DNA from: Chiloscyllium plagiosum
Taxonomy: Eukaryota
DNA length: 60,433 bases
Reading direction: 5' to 3'
NCBI RefSeq assembly: GCF_004010195.1
Contig: NC_057758.1
Span: 8,902,014 to 8,962,446 of the forward strand
Below are positions 39,351 to 52,472 of this stretch, piece after piece (position 1 is the first letter of the stretch; every line of letters starts with the position of its first letter). Below the pieces are notes generated by a model, which was not told where the DNA came from, made no database searches, and was given only the letters and a program-made list of their open reading frames with translations. A program made the translations under genes and the position numbers.

Positions 39351-39989
39351 GTGTTTTGACTCCTGTTCCTTGAAGCTTAATGCAGTCTGAACAGTCTCCT
39401 TTTCCCGTTCCACCCGACATTTTCAGATTCCCTTTTCATACAAGGATCTTACGCCTTGTTCTCATCTTGTTGCTGGGTAACCCACAATTGGCGGACATTC
39501 TTGTACCCACTGTAATAGGGTGGACCCATGACCTCTTCCTCCTGCTGCAGGGAAAAGCGTCTTTTCTTTTGAGCACCTACGTACTCAGTACACTTTGAAC
39601 TAGCGTCAGTGGACTGGGGAGAGTGGGGGACAGGAGTGACGGATTCAGGTGTGGGCAGACGTCGGGGTGCTCGCCAAAAGTTCTTGGAAAACACGTTCGA
39701 GAACGTGGAATATCTGGCCATTCGGCGCACTATGCTTGTTCTGACCGTTAGAAATTAATCCCAGTTGTTTGCACGTGTTCCATATCCCTCTCTTCCCACT
39801 TAATCATGACTCTTTCTAAATGTTTTCTCTAACTTTTCTAACGTATCTACTTCAACCTCCTCCCCTGGCAACGCTTTCCAGGCACATACAACCCACTGTG
39901 AAAAACATTTTCCTCACTCATTTCATTTAATCTGTCGCCTCTCACTTTCAACTGATGACACAGTGGACAGGATGGATTAAAAGACTTTT

Positions 39990-40615
39990 GCGCCGCTTGG
40001 CTTCTCTGTTCAATCCTTTGAGCATTGCACTTGGAAAGTTATGTTGAGTTTGAACAACACATTGTTGCGGGCTCTTCTGGAGTACTGCTTCCAGTTCTGA
40101 TTGCACGGTTACAGGAATGTCTTATCAGCCTGGAGAGGGTGCAGAGGATATTGACCAGGTTGATACTGTGGATGGAAGTTTTAAGTTAGAATGAAAGGCT
40201 GGATAGGTTCGGACCTTTTTCCATTGCCATGTAGGAGGTTAATAAGCAATGCTATAGAAATGTTCAAAATAATGTGGGGTACAAATAAAGTTAATGGTGG
40301 TTGCCTTGTCCCTAGGATAGGATTGATACTTTCGTTCAAGTGACAAGAAAGACATTTAAAAAACTCAAGTGGATCCAGACTTTTTACACAGAAGGTAGCT
40401 CATATTTATAATGAACGTCGAGAGGAAGTGATGAATGCAGGTACAATTACAAACTTTGTGGCTACATGAATAAGAACTTGAATATGAAAGGTTTAGAGGA
40501 ATGTGGGACAGGAATAAGAAGGTACGACTAGTTTAAATTGGGATGAGGTTCAGCATGGACTGTTTGGACAGATGCATTTATTTCCGTCACGTCTAACTAT
40601 TTGACATTGCGACAA
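39990..40615 (+). mobile_element. CR1 LINE 3' fragment
   Basis: LEYCFQF..LERVQRILTRL..RLDRFG, followed by a 3' UTR. Confidence 0.8.
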
Positions 40616-40799
40616 TGATCTTAGTTTTTAACATGACCACGTTGGGAAAGATACTTAAACTTCACAAACCGATCCACACCTCTCATAATTTTATATGCTT
40701 TTATCACGTCCTCCCTTACACTCTGACACTTTCCTGAAAACAATCTAATTAATTAATCAACGTGCGTTATGCATTACCCTGTTACCTGCAACGCCAAAG

Positions 40800-41365
40800 A
40801 ACATAAACATAGAAGAATACAGCGCAGTACAGGCCCTTCGGCCCTCGATGTTGCGCCGATCCAAGCCCACCTAACCTACACTAGCCCACTATCCTCCATA
40901 TACCTATCCAATGCCCGCTTAAATGCCCATAATGAGGAAGAGTCCACCACTGCTACTGGCAGGACATTCCATGAACTCACGACTCGCTGAGTAAAGAACA
41001 TACCCGTACCATCTGTCCTATACCTACCCCCCCCTTAAACTTCTGGTTTAAAGGGCATTTATTTCATGAGGCCTGACTGGTAAGGCAGACAAGCTCAGAA
41101 CATGGATTGGCTCTGGAGACTGGGATATTATAGCCATAACAGAAACATGGCTGAGAGAAGGGCAGGACTGGCAGCTCAGTGTTCCCAGATACAGAGGGTG
41201 CAGGCGTGACAGAAAGACATAAGATTTGTGTACATGGACACCAAGATCCCTCTGCTCATCCACACTACCAAGTATCCGACCATTAGCCCAGTACCCCATC
41301 TTTTTGTTACTCTTACCAAAGTGAATCACCTCACACTTAGCGACATTTAACTCCATTTGTCACCA
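40800..41365. mobile_element. Young CR1 mosaic: 3' end (-), endonuclease piece (+), RT piece (-)
   Basis: 40800-41040 is a CR1 tail (-). 41050-41215 reads KADKLRTWI..WDIIAITETWLREGQDWQL (+). 41216-41356 reads MELNVAKCEVIHFG..QRDLGVHVH (-). Confidence 0.85.
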
Positions 41366-42324
41366 CTTTCAAGGAACTATGAACCTGCACTACATGGTCT
41401 ATTTGTTTGGCAGCACTTTCCAGGATCTTACCATTAAATGTGTAAGTCATGCATTTTAACAGATTATTAGACATTTATATACTATAACCATCATTTCCAA
41501 CACTCGATGATGAAACTTCTCAACGTTCAGCCCCATTGATTTCTCCAATTCTATCTTTAACTAATGCTAGAACTTTCTATCTTAGTCATTTCTGGGGCAA
41601 TTCGTGTATCTTCCCCTGCAAAGATTGACACCAATAATTAGAATCTATGATGGTTCGCTATATCCCATTAAATACTTTACTGTCTCTACCTGGAATCTTT
41701 TCATTTTTACATGCTTACAGCAGTTTGGGCAATTCATGCAACGGTCTTTTCCACGTCAATTGTGGAGGGATATCAATTCAGCTCCATCACGACAGGAATG
41801 CGGGGAAGTATCAAATGGAGACTGAGGGATGTCTACCCCACAAGAGTACAGTTCAGAGTAAAGTTCCACTCATTGCAGCATCTGTTTATTTCTCCCCGTG
41901 CATACTTCACCATCTGTCAATTTTGGGCAGGGATCATTTTACTGATCGCTGTACTGAGTTCTCTCATGATGGTATTGCACACATTCATGATCAGCAGTTG
42001 GGATTTATTTGCGCAAATTGACCCAGTGTTTATTTCGACTGTATCTCCCTGCAGTACGAGCAAACGTGAGGACTGCAAATGCAGGAATCAATCTTGATGA
42101 AGGGCTCTTGCGTGAAACTTCGATTTCCCTGCACCTCGAATGCTGCTTCACCTGCTGTGCTTTTCCAGCACCTAACTCTCGACCCTCTGCAGTATACATG
42201 ACTGTCTTGGCTCATTCCAAATGACAGAGTTCTACAAAGATCTGTTGGGTTGGAGGTATTCAAACTGGGTTGATGTAAATGAAGTCTTCTAGGATTTCAA
42301 GGAGTGTGTTACAGGGCGCACTGC

Positions 42325-43245
42325 CAGAGCTTGAGTAAGTTACAGATAGAGAGAGTTGTGAAGACTGAAGGATATTAAGGAGATAGGGGGGTGGGTGTGG
42401 GGACTGAAGATGATTACACAGATAGGAGCGGTTGTGCGGCTGAAGGAGATTACACAGATAGTGAGTGTTGTGCGGACTGGAGACGTTTCACAGATAAGGA
42501 TGGCTGTGGGGACTGAAGCAGGTTATGCAGTTTGGAAGAGTTGTGAGGACTAAAGGAGCTTATGGAGATAGGGAGGATTGTGGAGACTGTAGGAGGTTAT
42601 GGAGGTACGGAGGGTCGTGAGCACTGAAGCAGTTTAGACAGATAGGGAGGATTTTGGGTACTGAAGTGAGGTTATGGAGATAGGGAGGGTCGTGGGGACT
42701 GAGGGAGTTATTGACATAGGGAGAGTTGTGAGGGCTGAATAATGTCAAACAGCTAGGGAGCATCATTTCGACTGGAGAAGGTTATGGAGATAGGATGGGT
42801 TGTACGTACTGAAGGAGATTACACAGGCAAGGAGGTTTGTAGGTACTGAAGGAGGTCACAGAAATACGGAACGCCGTGAGGAATGAAGGAGGCGATGGAG
42901 CTAGGTAGGGACGTGGGTTCTGAAGGAGGTTATGGAGTTCGGGACGTTCTTGGGGACTGAATTAAGTTACATAAATATGGAGTATCATTGGGACTGATGG
43001 AGGTTATGGAGATAGGGAGGGTTATAGGTACTGACGGAGATTACACCGATAGGGAGCTTTTGGGGACTGAGGGAAGGTACAGACGTACAGAGAGTCGTGA
43101 GGACTGAAGCGGTTTATTAAGGTATGGAGAGTTATGGTGGACTGAGGACGTTAGTTATATTGGGAGGGTCGTGGGACTGAAGGGGTTTATGGAGATGGGG
43201 ATGATCTTGGGGACTGAAGGAAGCGATAGAGATAGGAACTTTATA
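42325..43245. repeat. Degenerate ~37-bp minisatellite (ggactgaaggaggttatggagatagggagggttgtg); continues more decayed at ~43470-44230
   Basis: More than 20 recurrences of actgaag/actgga at ~36-38-bp spacing. Confidence 0.9.
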
Positions 43246-45519
43246 GAGAAGCACGAGAAAGAGGGCCAGGTGCCGGCTATTTGACCACACGAGCAAAGCA
43301 CACACTCAATATGATCACATCTGATCATCTCACTCAATACACTGTTCTGGATTTCACCCCATACTCTGTTATTGTAGTGACTGCTGTCATTCAGTGATAC
43401 AGACGGATGTAGCACCTCGGCGGGATGTGTGTGGCGGGGATGGGGGGAGGCGTCTCAAAGAGATGGAGATAACTGTGGAAGCTGGAACAGGTAGTAGATA
43501 TAGGACGAGTTTTAGGAATGTGAGGACTTTAATGGGAAGAGGAGGTATGTAAGGATAGGATATAGTTACAATCACAGGGAGGATTATGGGAGCACATGTA
43601 GGTCATGGAAATAAACTGTATCTGGAGGAAGTTAAATGCAGAAAGGTTTGTAGTGACTGTAAGATATTACATAAATAGGGAGGATAGTAGGGACCAGTAA
43701 AATTTCCAACTATTGAGTGTGTTTTAACGACAAGAGGAGTAGATTGTCATCATTAGCATTGTAGAAACAAAATTATGAGAGAGGTAGGGTAACTGTGCAT
43801 GGTGTCCAGAGACAAGGAGGATTATAACAGCTGGAGGATGTTAATAATTTAGGGAGTTTTTTTTTGTCATGATGGGGAACGTTACACGGATCATGAAAGT
43901 AGTAGGAGCTTGACGCAGTTACGAAGACAGGGAGGTATTATCTGGTCCCTCGTGGAAGGGATAGCAAAAGGGACAGAAGATTTTTTGTTCACACATAAGG
44001 GGTGTTTCGGGACTGGAGAGGATTACCCATATGAGCGATTGTAGGGATTAAAGTTTCATCAACAGATATGGAAAGTTTTACTGGTAGGAGAAGTATACAA
44101 GGATATGCAGGGCTGTAGGGACATACAGACGTAGGGAAGGTAGTGTCTACTGGAGAATGTTACAAAGATGTAGGCATTGATAGGGATTAGAGAAACTGGC
44201 AGAGATAGGGAGTGTTCCACGGACCAGAGGAATTTAGGAATAAGATGGTGATAATGAAGCGTGGGATATTTCTCCTGTTCCTTGCCCAGCATTATATCGA
44301 CATCATGTCCTCAGGTTCTGAATTAAAGACCACGAACGAGTCTCTGTGCTGTTACTGTGAGTGATCTTTCCGGTTGCAGGATTTATTAAAGGATCAAGAT
44401 CTCATACTCCATCTTTATCTGGCTAATGAACCGTCTTCAATGAGGTCATGGACGACACACGATCGCCCTGAGTATCTGCGGGAGACAGAAAAATAGTCAG
44501 GCTCAGACATTAAACTGATGCAGTGAGGTTTACATTTATAGAATGGAACTTCGTCCTAGAGAGATCCAGAAAGTCCCAATCTCCATCCTGTCCTGCGCTG
44601 CTGTGTCTCTCTGGAGTGGAGAATTCTGTTGGCTCTTGATGTCAAAAATCTTCATAGCGAGAGTTGCAGATAGAGGCAGTAATTAGACTCACACAATGAA
44701 GGCTGTCAAATGGAGAGATATAGAGTGATACCACCAGAGTGTAGGAACATTTCAGGATCAAACAACGGTCTCATGAGAAGTGGTTTTGATTAAGTCGACA
44801 CTGCTACCAGTTTTCAGGGAGGAGTGAGATGTTGTGTTTGGATGGGGTACACTTGTCTCGTTCTGGGGCCATTGTCCTAGTCAATCATATGACCAGGATG
44901 GTGCAGAGTAGATAGATGAGGAGAAACAGCGCTCAGGTGAAAGGCAATCTCCAAAACCCAAGAGAAAGTTTGAAATATTGGAATAGCACGGGGCTGTGGC
45001 TGAAGACAAGCAGAAAGTAACAGCAAAGGGCTGGGTATAACTGAAATCCCACTGCAGCAAATAGATTTGTGATAGGAAATTACAGTTACAAAAAAGTAAA
45101 TGACAGTTTCTTTATCTAATTACACAAAGCATCTGCAATAACATATGTGCACCTGTAACACAGGGAGTTGAATAATTTCTGTCCAATTGGCATCAGGGAG
45201 ATGTGGTCGCACAGTGAACAAAGGTGAAGCATCAATATTCACGAGTACACAACACTATGTAAAATCGGGCAAAAAGTAAAGCAGGCTGGGGAACTCTTAC
45301 AGAACGGGATAACAATGGGATTACAAAACAAATATTTTGCTTCATAATATGAATGAGTACGGTTGTAAATTCTGAGTAATAATGATCAGAGAACGGAACT
45401 GGAAGGGCAGTGGTAAGGCACGCTAATAGGTTTATATTGTTACACATTTTTATGGACAGGGAATTATTGGATGTGGTAACAAAAGGCAACGAGATAATTG
45501 CGAGGGGATTCAAACTGCC

Positions 45520-46830
45520 TATCTCATCATCTCAGGCACGGATGACTCTCTCCCACTCTCAGGGGACTCTGTAGTTGGCTGTGCAGAACCATGTGGCATC
45601 CACAGTCTCTGTTACACTTGGGGCAAAAGGTGACTGTGAGAAGCGGGTGGGTGAGGTGTTGGTATGGCAGCACGCTCATTGTGCTCTTTTATCCTAGATA
45701 CCCTTTGTTAATCTCCGCTGGCAAGTCTCGAGATGCATGACACCATTTATATGCTCCTCCCCACGTTAGACGGTCATGGCCCAGTAATTCCCAGATTTCG
45801 AGGGGAATGCTAAACATTACCAGTGAGATCATGTGCGCATCCCTGAAGCACTTCCTCTGTCCATCTGGGGCTCGCCTGCCGTTTCAGACCTGGGAGTAGA
45901 GCACCTGCTTGGGGAGTCTTGTGTCGATCATGGGGATGCGGTGCCTAGCCGATCGTAGCTGATCAAGGAGGTTTGGGGGGATGTCATTGTATCGATGCTG
46001 GGATGTTGGCCTGGTCGGGGATGTTGGAGTTGCTGTGTCTGCCATTTCTGCGGATTCACGGGATCTTGCACCGGCATCTTGTTGGTGCGACTGCTTTAAC
46101 ACCTTGAGGTGTCACCTGTGGACAGTCCAAAGTCTCAGAACCATGCGGGATGGTTTAAGCCACCACAGCTCGATATACCATGGCCTTGGTGTTGGATCAG
46201 ATGTTATTGTCCTCAAGCACCAGTTCCCTAAGACGGCTGAAGGCTGTGGAGCGCACTGCATGCAGAGCTGGACCTATTCGTCAATATATGCTTTGGTCTA
46301 CAGAACACTCATGAGGCATTGGTAGGTCCAAGGACTCTCCATAGACCTCTATGTTCAGGGTTTGACCCATGCTCTCATATGTCTGCGTGTATATGCCAAC
46401 ATTGGGAGGGAAGACACCCTCTGACAGTGCACACACAAACACCGTCCATGTTCTGCCGCTCACTGACACTGTTTGGGGTGCGTTTGGTTTAGGTTTGAAG
46501 ATGGTTGATATATAATTATTTCCTGCTCGTTCTGTAGATTAGCTCCACTCCAGCGGAGAGCTTGTCGACGATAAGATGAAGCATTGCAGCGAGATAATTC
46601 GAGTACAGTATTCGGGTAATGACACAGCACTGCTTCACACTGGTCTGAATGGGAGGTGAGTCAGTGTGGGAACCATTTACATTACCATGACTTCTATGTC
46701 ATCGAGGAGTAGGTGAAAGATGGGGACAAACTTCATGGTGTAGCCAAATGAGAGAAAGACATTCCATAATGCTTCCTGGATGACGGTGTCAAAGGCCTTT
46801 GTTAAATCGAAGGTGTTCATGTACAGTTGG
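45520..46830 (-). mobile_element. RTE-clade LINE fragment
   Basis: FDLTKAFDTV..ALWNVF..G and QLRSARH..MIDTRLPKQVLYSQ. Confidence 0.85.
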
Positions 46831-48074
46831 AGGTTCTGTTGGCCGCAATGGGTTTGCTGATCATCACTATCCTCCTCTCTGAGCCTACCTTCTACCTTTA
46901 CTGCTATCCATTGAAGCCAATTGTCCTGGCTAAACGCCAACTTCAAATGTTTAATCTCTCTCTCTTTCTTCCTTGCCTCCTTCTTTCTCTTTTTACTTTT
47001 CCTCACTCTCTTTTTTCGCTTTCTTCCTGAGGGTCTTCTTTCCCTTCTCTTCCTGTTCTGCCAAAACGATTCTCTCCTTATCTCTTTGTTCTGCTGGAGC
47101 AATTGTTTCATTTTCTCTGTCCTTTGCCTTTATCCATTATTCCAACGGTTTCCGTACCTTTTCATATTCAAGCTGCCTCATCTGAAAATGAATTCTAGCC
47201 ATTTTCAAAGGTTCTGATGGGGTTTCCAGCAAATTGAACAGTCGAGTTTTTCCTGAATTTGCCTCTGCATCTTGCACAGGCGAAGCCAAGTGCAACTCCA
47301 GTTTATCTGCCAAATCCGTCAGCGTTGCCTTGCTCAGCTTTTGTAAAACCACAACGGTCACATTTCCCACTCCTAGAAAACTCACAACGACTGAAAGAAG
47401 CTTTAGAGCACAAAGCATTGTTTAAACCAACCGGATTCAATACTCGGAACAACAGACACTAACACCTACCACTCACCAACTTCGTGACCAACAAACTCAA
47501 AGTTAAAATATAGAATGAGTACCAACAAGAGCCTCCAATTAGACAGACCCCCGAAATATATTCTAAGAAGGTTGCATCCAAATTAACGTTTTCTTATTTT
47601 AAAGGCAAGTGTGAGTTGGTGTTCCACCTGTATGCAACTGGTCATACCACTCGGCTTTAAACAAAACAGAATTGAGTTAGGCACTACAGTTGACGCACAA
47701 ACAAAAAGAAACAGGAATTTGGAGCAACTGCCCTGTGGGAAATTTTAAATGACTCGATATAATAACAAGTACTAATTAACTGCTCCCATAAACACACTTC
47801 TTATAAAAAAGCAAATTCAAACACAATTTCTTGCAGGGAGGAACGAATACTATTCAGAGAATGACATCAGAAGAAAGTCAGAGGAATTCTTTAATGAAGT
47901 TTGGAACTCCCGTGTAGTAGAATATAGCTAAACCGAATTAGAAAAAGCCTGAACCAGGAGACCTGGCCACTCCCATTCAATGGTTAAACTATACTCTTTG
48001 GCACCTCTGCTTTTAAGAAGTCTCAAATAAACCTAAGGGTAAATCTACCTTTTTAAAGTGACAGAATCATCACA
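46830..48074 (-). mobile_element. Gypsy remnant: 5' LTR (~47541-48074), PBS-like site, gag N-terminus
   Basis: On the minus strand the LTR starts TGTGATG and is followed by aattggaggctc (tRNA-Pro-type PBS-like). gag LQKLSKATLTDLADKLEL plus a charged coiled-coil region. Confidence 0.8.
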
Positions 48075-48079
48075 CAATC

Positions 48080-49235
48080 GATGGAAGACATCACGGAGGC
48101 CCTGGCAGAAATAGTCTCATCATCGACAGATACGGGTAAGTGGCCAGAGGACTGGAGATTGGCTAATATTGTGTATTTATTTAAGACAGTTTCTAAGGAG
48201 AATCCGGGGAACTAAAGATCGATGAGTGCGACAAGAATGATGGGCACTTTGTTGGAGGGGATACGGAAAGATAGAATCTACACGCATGTGGAGGGGCAAG
48301 GATTATGAGGGATGGTCAGCCTGGCTTTGTGCGTCGGAAATCGTGACTCACAAAATTGATGGACTTATTTAAGGACGTAAACCAAAAGATAGATGAGGAC
48401 AGAATGGTAGACGTTATATACATGGACGTTAGAAAACCTTTTGACAATATGGAATTTAATTAGAAAAATACCAGGTATTGCATTTTGGTAAAATGAATAA
48501 AGGTTGGATTTGTACAGATAGTGGTAGGGCATGGGCATTTTGTCAAACAGGAAGACCTGGGGGTTCCTGCACGTAGTTCGTTCGAAGTTCCAGTTAGTCT
48601 GGATGGTTAATAACGGTCTTATCATGTCTGTCTTCCGTGCTCATTCCATTGAGTACAGGAGTGGGACTTCATTTTGAAGTTGTACACTACCTTGGTCATG
48701 CCACGTCTGGAGTATTGTACGTATGGTCCTCTGCTATTAGAAGGGTATTATTTAATTTGAAAGGGTTAAACAAATATCTAGCAGCATGTTATTAAGACTG
48801 AATTACAACAGGCTGGCTAGCTTGTGGTTTTTGACTACTGGTGTGTATAGGAATGAGTGGTGATATTATAGAGGTTTATAACATCAGTAGAGGAACAGAT
48901 ATGTTGATTAGCAAAGGTACATTCTGTACGGTGGGCAAGTTCAAAATTTGGAGGCATTTATTTACGATGGCAGGAGAAATACTCAGCACTGGCATGAGGG
49001 TCAACGTTTTGATATAGAGGGTTGTTTCATATGGATTGGCCTGACAGCGGAAATGATAGAAGCAGGCAGAGTTAAAGCTTTCAAAATACATTTGGACAGG
49101 TTCATGGCTAGGAATGGTTCCGACGCACATTGGCCAAACATACCCAAGTCGGTCTAGTTTTGTTTGGGAATATTGCCAGTGTAGATGAATTGTACCGAAG
49201 GCTCTTTTTCTGTGTTGTATCGCTCGGCGAATCTG
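48080..49235 (+). mobile_element. CR1 LINE RT/3' fragment with internal deletion
   Basis: PEDWRLANI, GQPGFV..KS.LTKL, VDVIYMD, PRLEYC and 3' UTR. Confidence 0.85.
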
Positions 49236-49514
49236 TGTCGCTATTACAGTCGGGGTTCAAAAATTGAAATAGGAAGGGAGTTCCAAAAGTGAATTAAATT
49301 GACACATTCATGATCAAGCATTTAATTTCAATGGTTTTAAGAGCGAGAACACACGCACCACAATGTATTGATTTTCCATCACATTTTTGTCCAAATCTAT
49401 TCCATGCTGAAATATTTTATAACATTCAGTTGATCTCTTGTTATATTTATAGTCAATATGTCAGCACACTTTTAAACGTCCTACTCGTGATAACTTCAAT
49501 ATTCAGTTGCAGGA

Positions 49515-49870
49515 GACAGCATCGTGGTATTGTTGCTGGATTATTAACCGACAGAACAAGGCAATTCTCAGAGGATCCGGATTTTGTATCCCAGCACACC
49601 AGATAATGGAATTTAAACTCAGTTAGAAAAATGTCTGCAATTAAGACACTAATTATGACTATGAATTTATTGCCAATTGTCAGGTAAAACCTCATCTGGT
49701 TCATCGATTTCTATCGGGAAGGAAATTGCAATCCTTACCTGGTCCGACCTACATGTGACTCCAGACCCACTACAAGGTGATTGTCCCCTAATTTCCATCT
49801 GAAAAATTAAAGATGGGCGATATGCGCTAGCATAGCTAGTGATACCCTCATTCTACAACTGAATAAAGAA
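49515..49870 (+). mobile_element. tRNA-derived SINE (second family)
   Basis: Degenerate tRNA-like head, body ccttacctggtccgacctacatgtgactccagaccc and A-rich tail. Confidence 0.65.
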
Positions 49871-50959
49871 AGACTATTTAAGAATGTAGTCTGTTGGTAC
49901 AGCATTCTATTATCCCAGTTTTCTTCCACCAACATGAAATATGAAACACGAGCGAAATCGTATAGATTTTTAGCATCCTAATGCTTAATATTAACTCATA
50001 TTCATAGCTGTCTGAAGAATGAAATGCATGTTCATATACACTAAAATCACATGACAAATCTGAAGACAGTATCTTGATAAAATTCATACTTATTTATTCT
50101 GCTTTTATGGCCTGAAATGGGAATATGGTCGTTTTTTATTTGTTCTGTAAAAGAAGACAAAAAAAGGGGAACTTATGGAAAGGAACTTACCTGACACTCA
50201 ATGTAAATATTTTCTGCACAGTTACAATTATTTTTGGCTGATTTTGGCTAATTTGATTGCGACATGAAATCGAACTTCTCTTGTACCCGTTGTTAACTTT
50301 CATACACCTTGCTGAACAAGAATATTTTTCCATTGTTCTAGCGTTGATGTAGTTACTGGTTTCTCGAGGATGAAAGTACTGAGATGCACAGCTGGTATTT
50401 ACATGGAACACGTAGATTCAATTTTTTTAAGGTACGTCACTGCCACTCACTTGAATGGTACAAATATTACTTGCAATCTACAATCTAATCCAACGTGGGG
50501 TCCACGACTTGCTGCATCTGACGCTGCACTGCTTCATCGTCTGAGTTTTGAAAGGTGCTGAACAATGTGCAATTATCCACAAACAGAGCCGCTTCTGAAA
50601 TTATGCTTCTGCGAAGCTCATTGATCAAATGTCTTGGGAAAGTCCCCTGCGAAACTCTGCAATGATGTTATGGAACTATACTGTGCGATTACTAACAACA
50701 GCAATCGTCCTCGTTTGTGCTACGTATGAGTCCAACCAGCAGAACTCATTCATTTGATTTCAGCTTTTGATATCAACGGTCCACATCACATTGAATCAAA
50801 TGCTATGTTTACGTGAAGGACAGTCTTTCCGATCTCTGCTTTGTTATTTATGATTTTTGGCAAAATTTGAACAAGGCGAGTAATTTTGCCAAGAGACGTG
50901 GTGAGATCATTTTTATTTCACATCTGTTTACACCAACACCAAGGACAGTACATGCATAT

Positions 50960-51450
50960 TGTCTGATACCGACGTATTTTCAACCACTCCTATCTTATAT
51001 TTTTCGTTTTATAATTGTTATAATATTCTTTCATCAAAACGTCTTTGCCATTTTCATGCAAAATGCCTTCGAATCTTGTAACAATGTTTTATGTGTGTTC
51101 TTTGCATGCTGAGTCCTTTCTAATTTCAAGCTACATTACTTTTGTATGTATTTCCGGCTGGTCTGCAATGATGAGTTCGTGGTATTTCTCTTTGCCTTTC
51201 TTTCTTGCCTTGTATTTTCTTGTCTTTAATATCCTTGACTTCTATGCAGTAGCCATGGCCTCCCCTGCCGTTTGCTTTTTGGGACAATTAGTCCGGACGC
51301 ACTGAATCTCTCTTTTCAATGCATCATGTTGCTGTCACCTGTTATGTCTTGTATTTTGTCTTTTTCATCATTTCTTCTGTAATTGTTTTGTTAATACTTC
51401 ATTAGCAACGTGTTTTTACAATGTATAATCTCCTGCAATTTTCTGAGACT
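50960..51450 (-). mobile_element. Ancient CR1/L2-type LINE fragment
   Basis: Minus strand DALKREIQ..RPWL..LEIRK, resembling the inter-domain region of LINE ORF2. Confidence 0.45.
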
Positions 51451-52157
51451 CAGAGCAGTGACTGACACCAGTAGTATAACAGAAGTTGCATGCTTCATCT
51501 AAGACGCTTGAAAGGAAAGGATCAACGATTAACAGGAGCTTTACGCCAAAGTAAAAAGATGTCTAGTCTGAAAATAAAAAGATTAGGAACCCCAGACTGT
51601 CCTCATTTTGCAACATATTCTCTGTTACCCCTCATTGTAACGAGCTTGAGCTATCAATCCAAACATCATTGAAAACTGCTGAAGCCTTTGGATTGGATGT
51701 GCATTTGACTCTTTTGGCTTGTTTACCTATGATTACACGATGCGGCCTTTTCCTTTCCTTCCATTTTGATCCACTTATCCCTTCCTTCATTGCAGCACAA
51801 TCATGCACAACACTTATCCACGTATGTTCACTTCAGAAGACGAGTCAAGTTGGGCGCATAACGTCATGTCCATAGATGATGTCACTCACACAAATAAGCA
51901 CAAAAATTTACTGCTTTCCTTTCAGATATCCAACGTGGGGAGCACTGTATTCTCGTGATTTGACCCCGTGTTTCTTTCACAGGTGCAGTAACATTGCGAC
52001 ACGGAAGTGAACCACTCTGTTACTTAAACCAAATATCCAAAGAACTTCACCTTGCCTTGTAATCTGTTAAAAGGAGTAGTGACAGAGAACTCCCAAATTA
52101 AATAATATAACACCAATTCACTTTGTAACTTTAAACGTGAACATTAAACAGCTATTC

Positions 52158-52472
52158 TGGGACGGCACGGTGTCTCAGAGGTAAGTACTGTTGCCTCATA
52201 ACGCCAGAGAACTGGGATGGATTCCATTCTCGGGCGATTGTGTGGATTTTTGCACATTTTCCCAATATATATGTGGGTTTCCTCCGGGTACTCTGGTTTG
52301 CTCCCACAGTCCAAAAATGTGCAGCAAAGCTGAATTGGTGATGCAAACTTGCCCATCGTGTTAGGTTCATTAGTTAGAGAGAAATTGGTCTGGGCGGGTT
52401 ACTCTTTGGAGGGTCGGTTTGGGTTTATTGGGCTCAATGGCCTGTTTCCACAGCAGAGGGAATCCAATCTGA
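52158..52472 (+). mobile_element. HE1/V-SINE-like SINE inside LTR
   Basis: Homologous to 32307-32625. Confidence 0.85.

Larger units (their letters stand above)
39449..45345 (-). pseudogene. Decayed multi-exon immunoglobulin-superfamily receptor locus (one or more genes; CEACAM/V-set-like)
   Basis: Leader-like MKQNICFVIPLLSRS|gtaaga (45345-45301). Acceptor tgtgttacag at 45153, then ETVIYF..LQWDFS. Acceptor tctcccgcag at 44476, then GDRVS..KDG..VFNSEPEDM..CWARN. SVSLNDSSHY..VW (~43400). VLQGDTVEIN..SELYSCGVDIP..DGAELI with gtaagc donor at 41718. Tail exon with YSGYKNV bounded by ccctgcag and gtaaga (~39455-39543). Confidence 0.5.

Noticed and set aside
42325..43245. CRISPR-like array from ~37-bp periodicity
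   Set aside because: Units are contiguous and degenerate with no unique spacers, there are no cas genes, and the context is eukaryotic.
44285..44340. Nucleotidyltransferase-like GHDVDIML
   Set aside because: There is no GS motif upstream, and the overlapping frame gives a better Ig F-strand (PED..CWARN).
46677..47111. Lys/Arg-rich 144-aa protein
   Set aside because: It is a chimeric frame across the Gypsy gag coiled-coil and the adjacent RTE reverse transcriptase.
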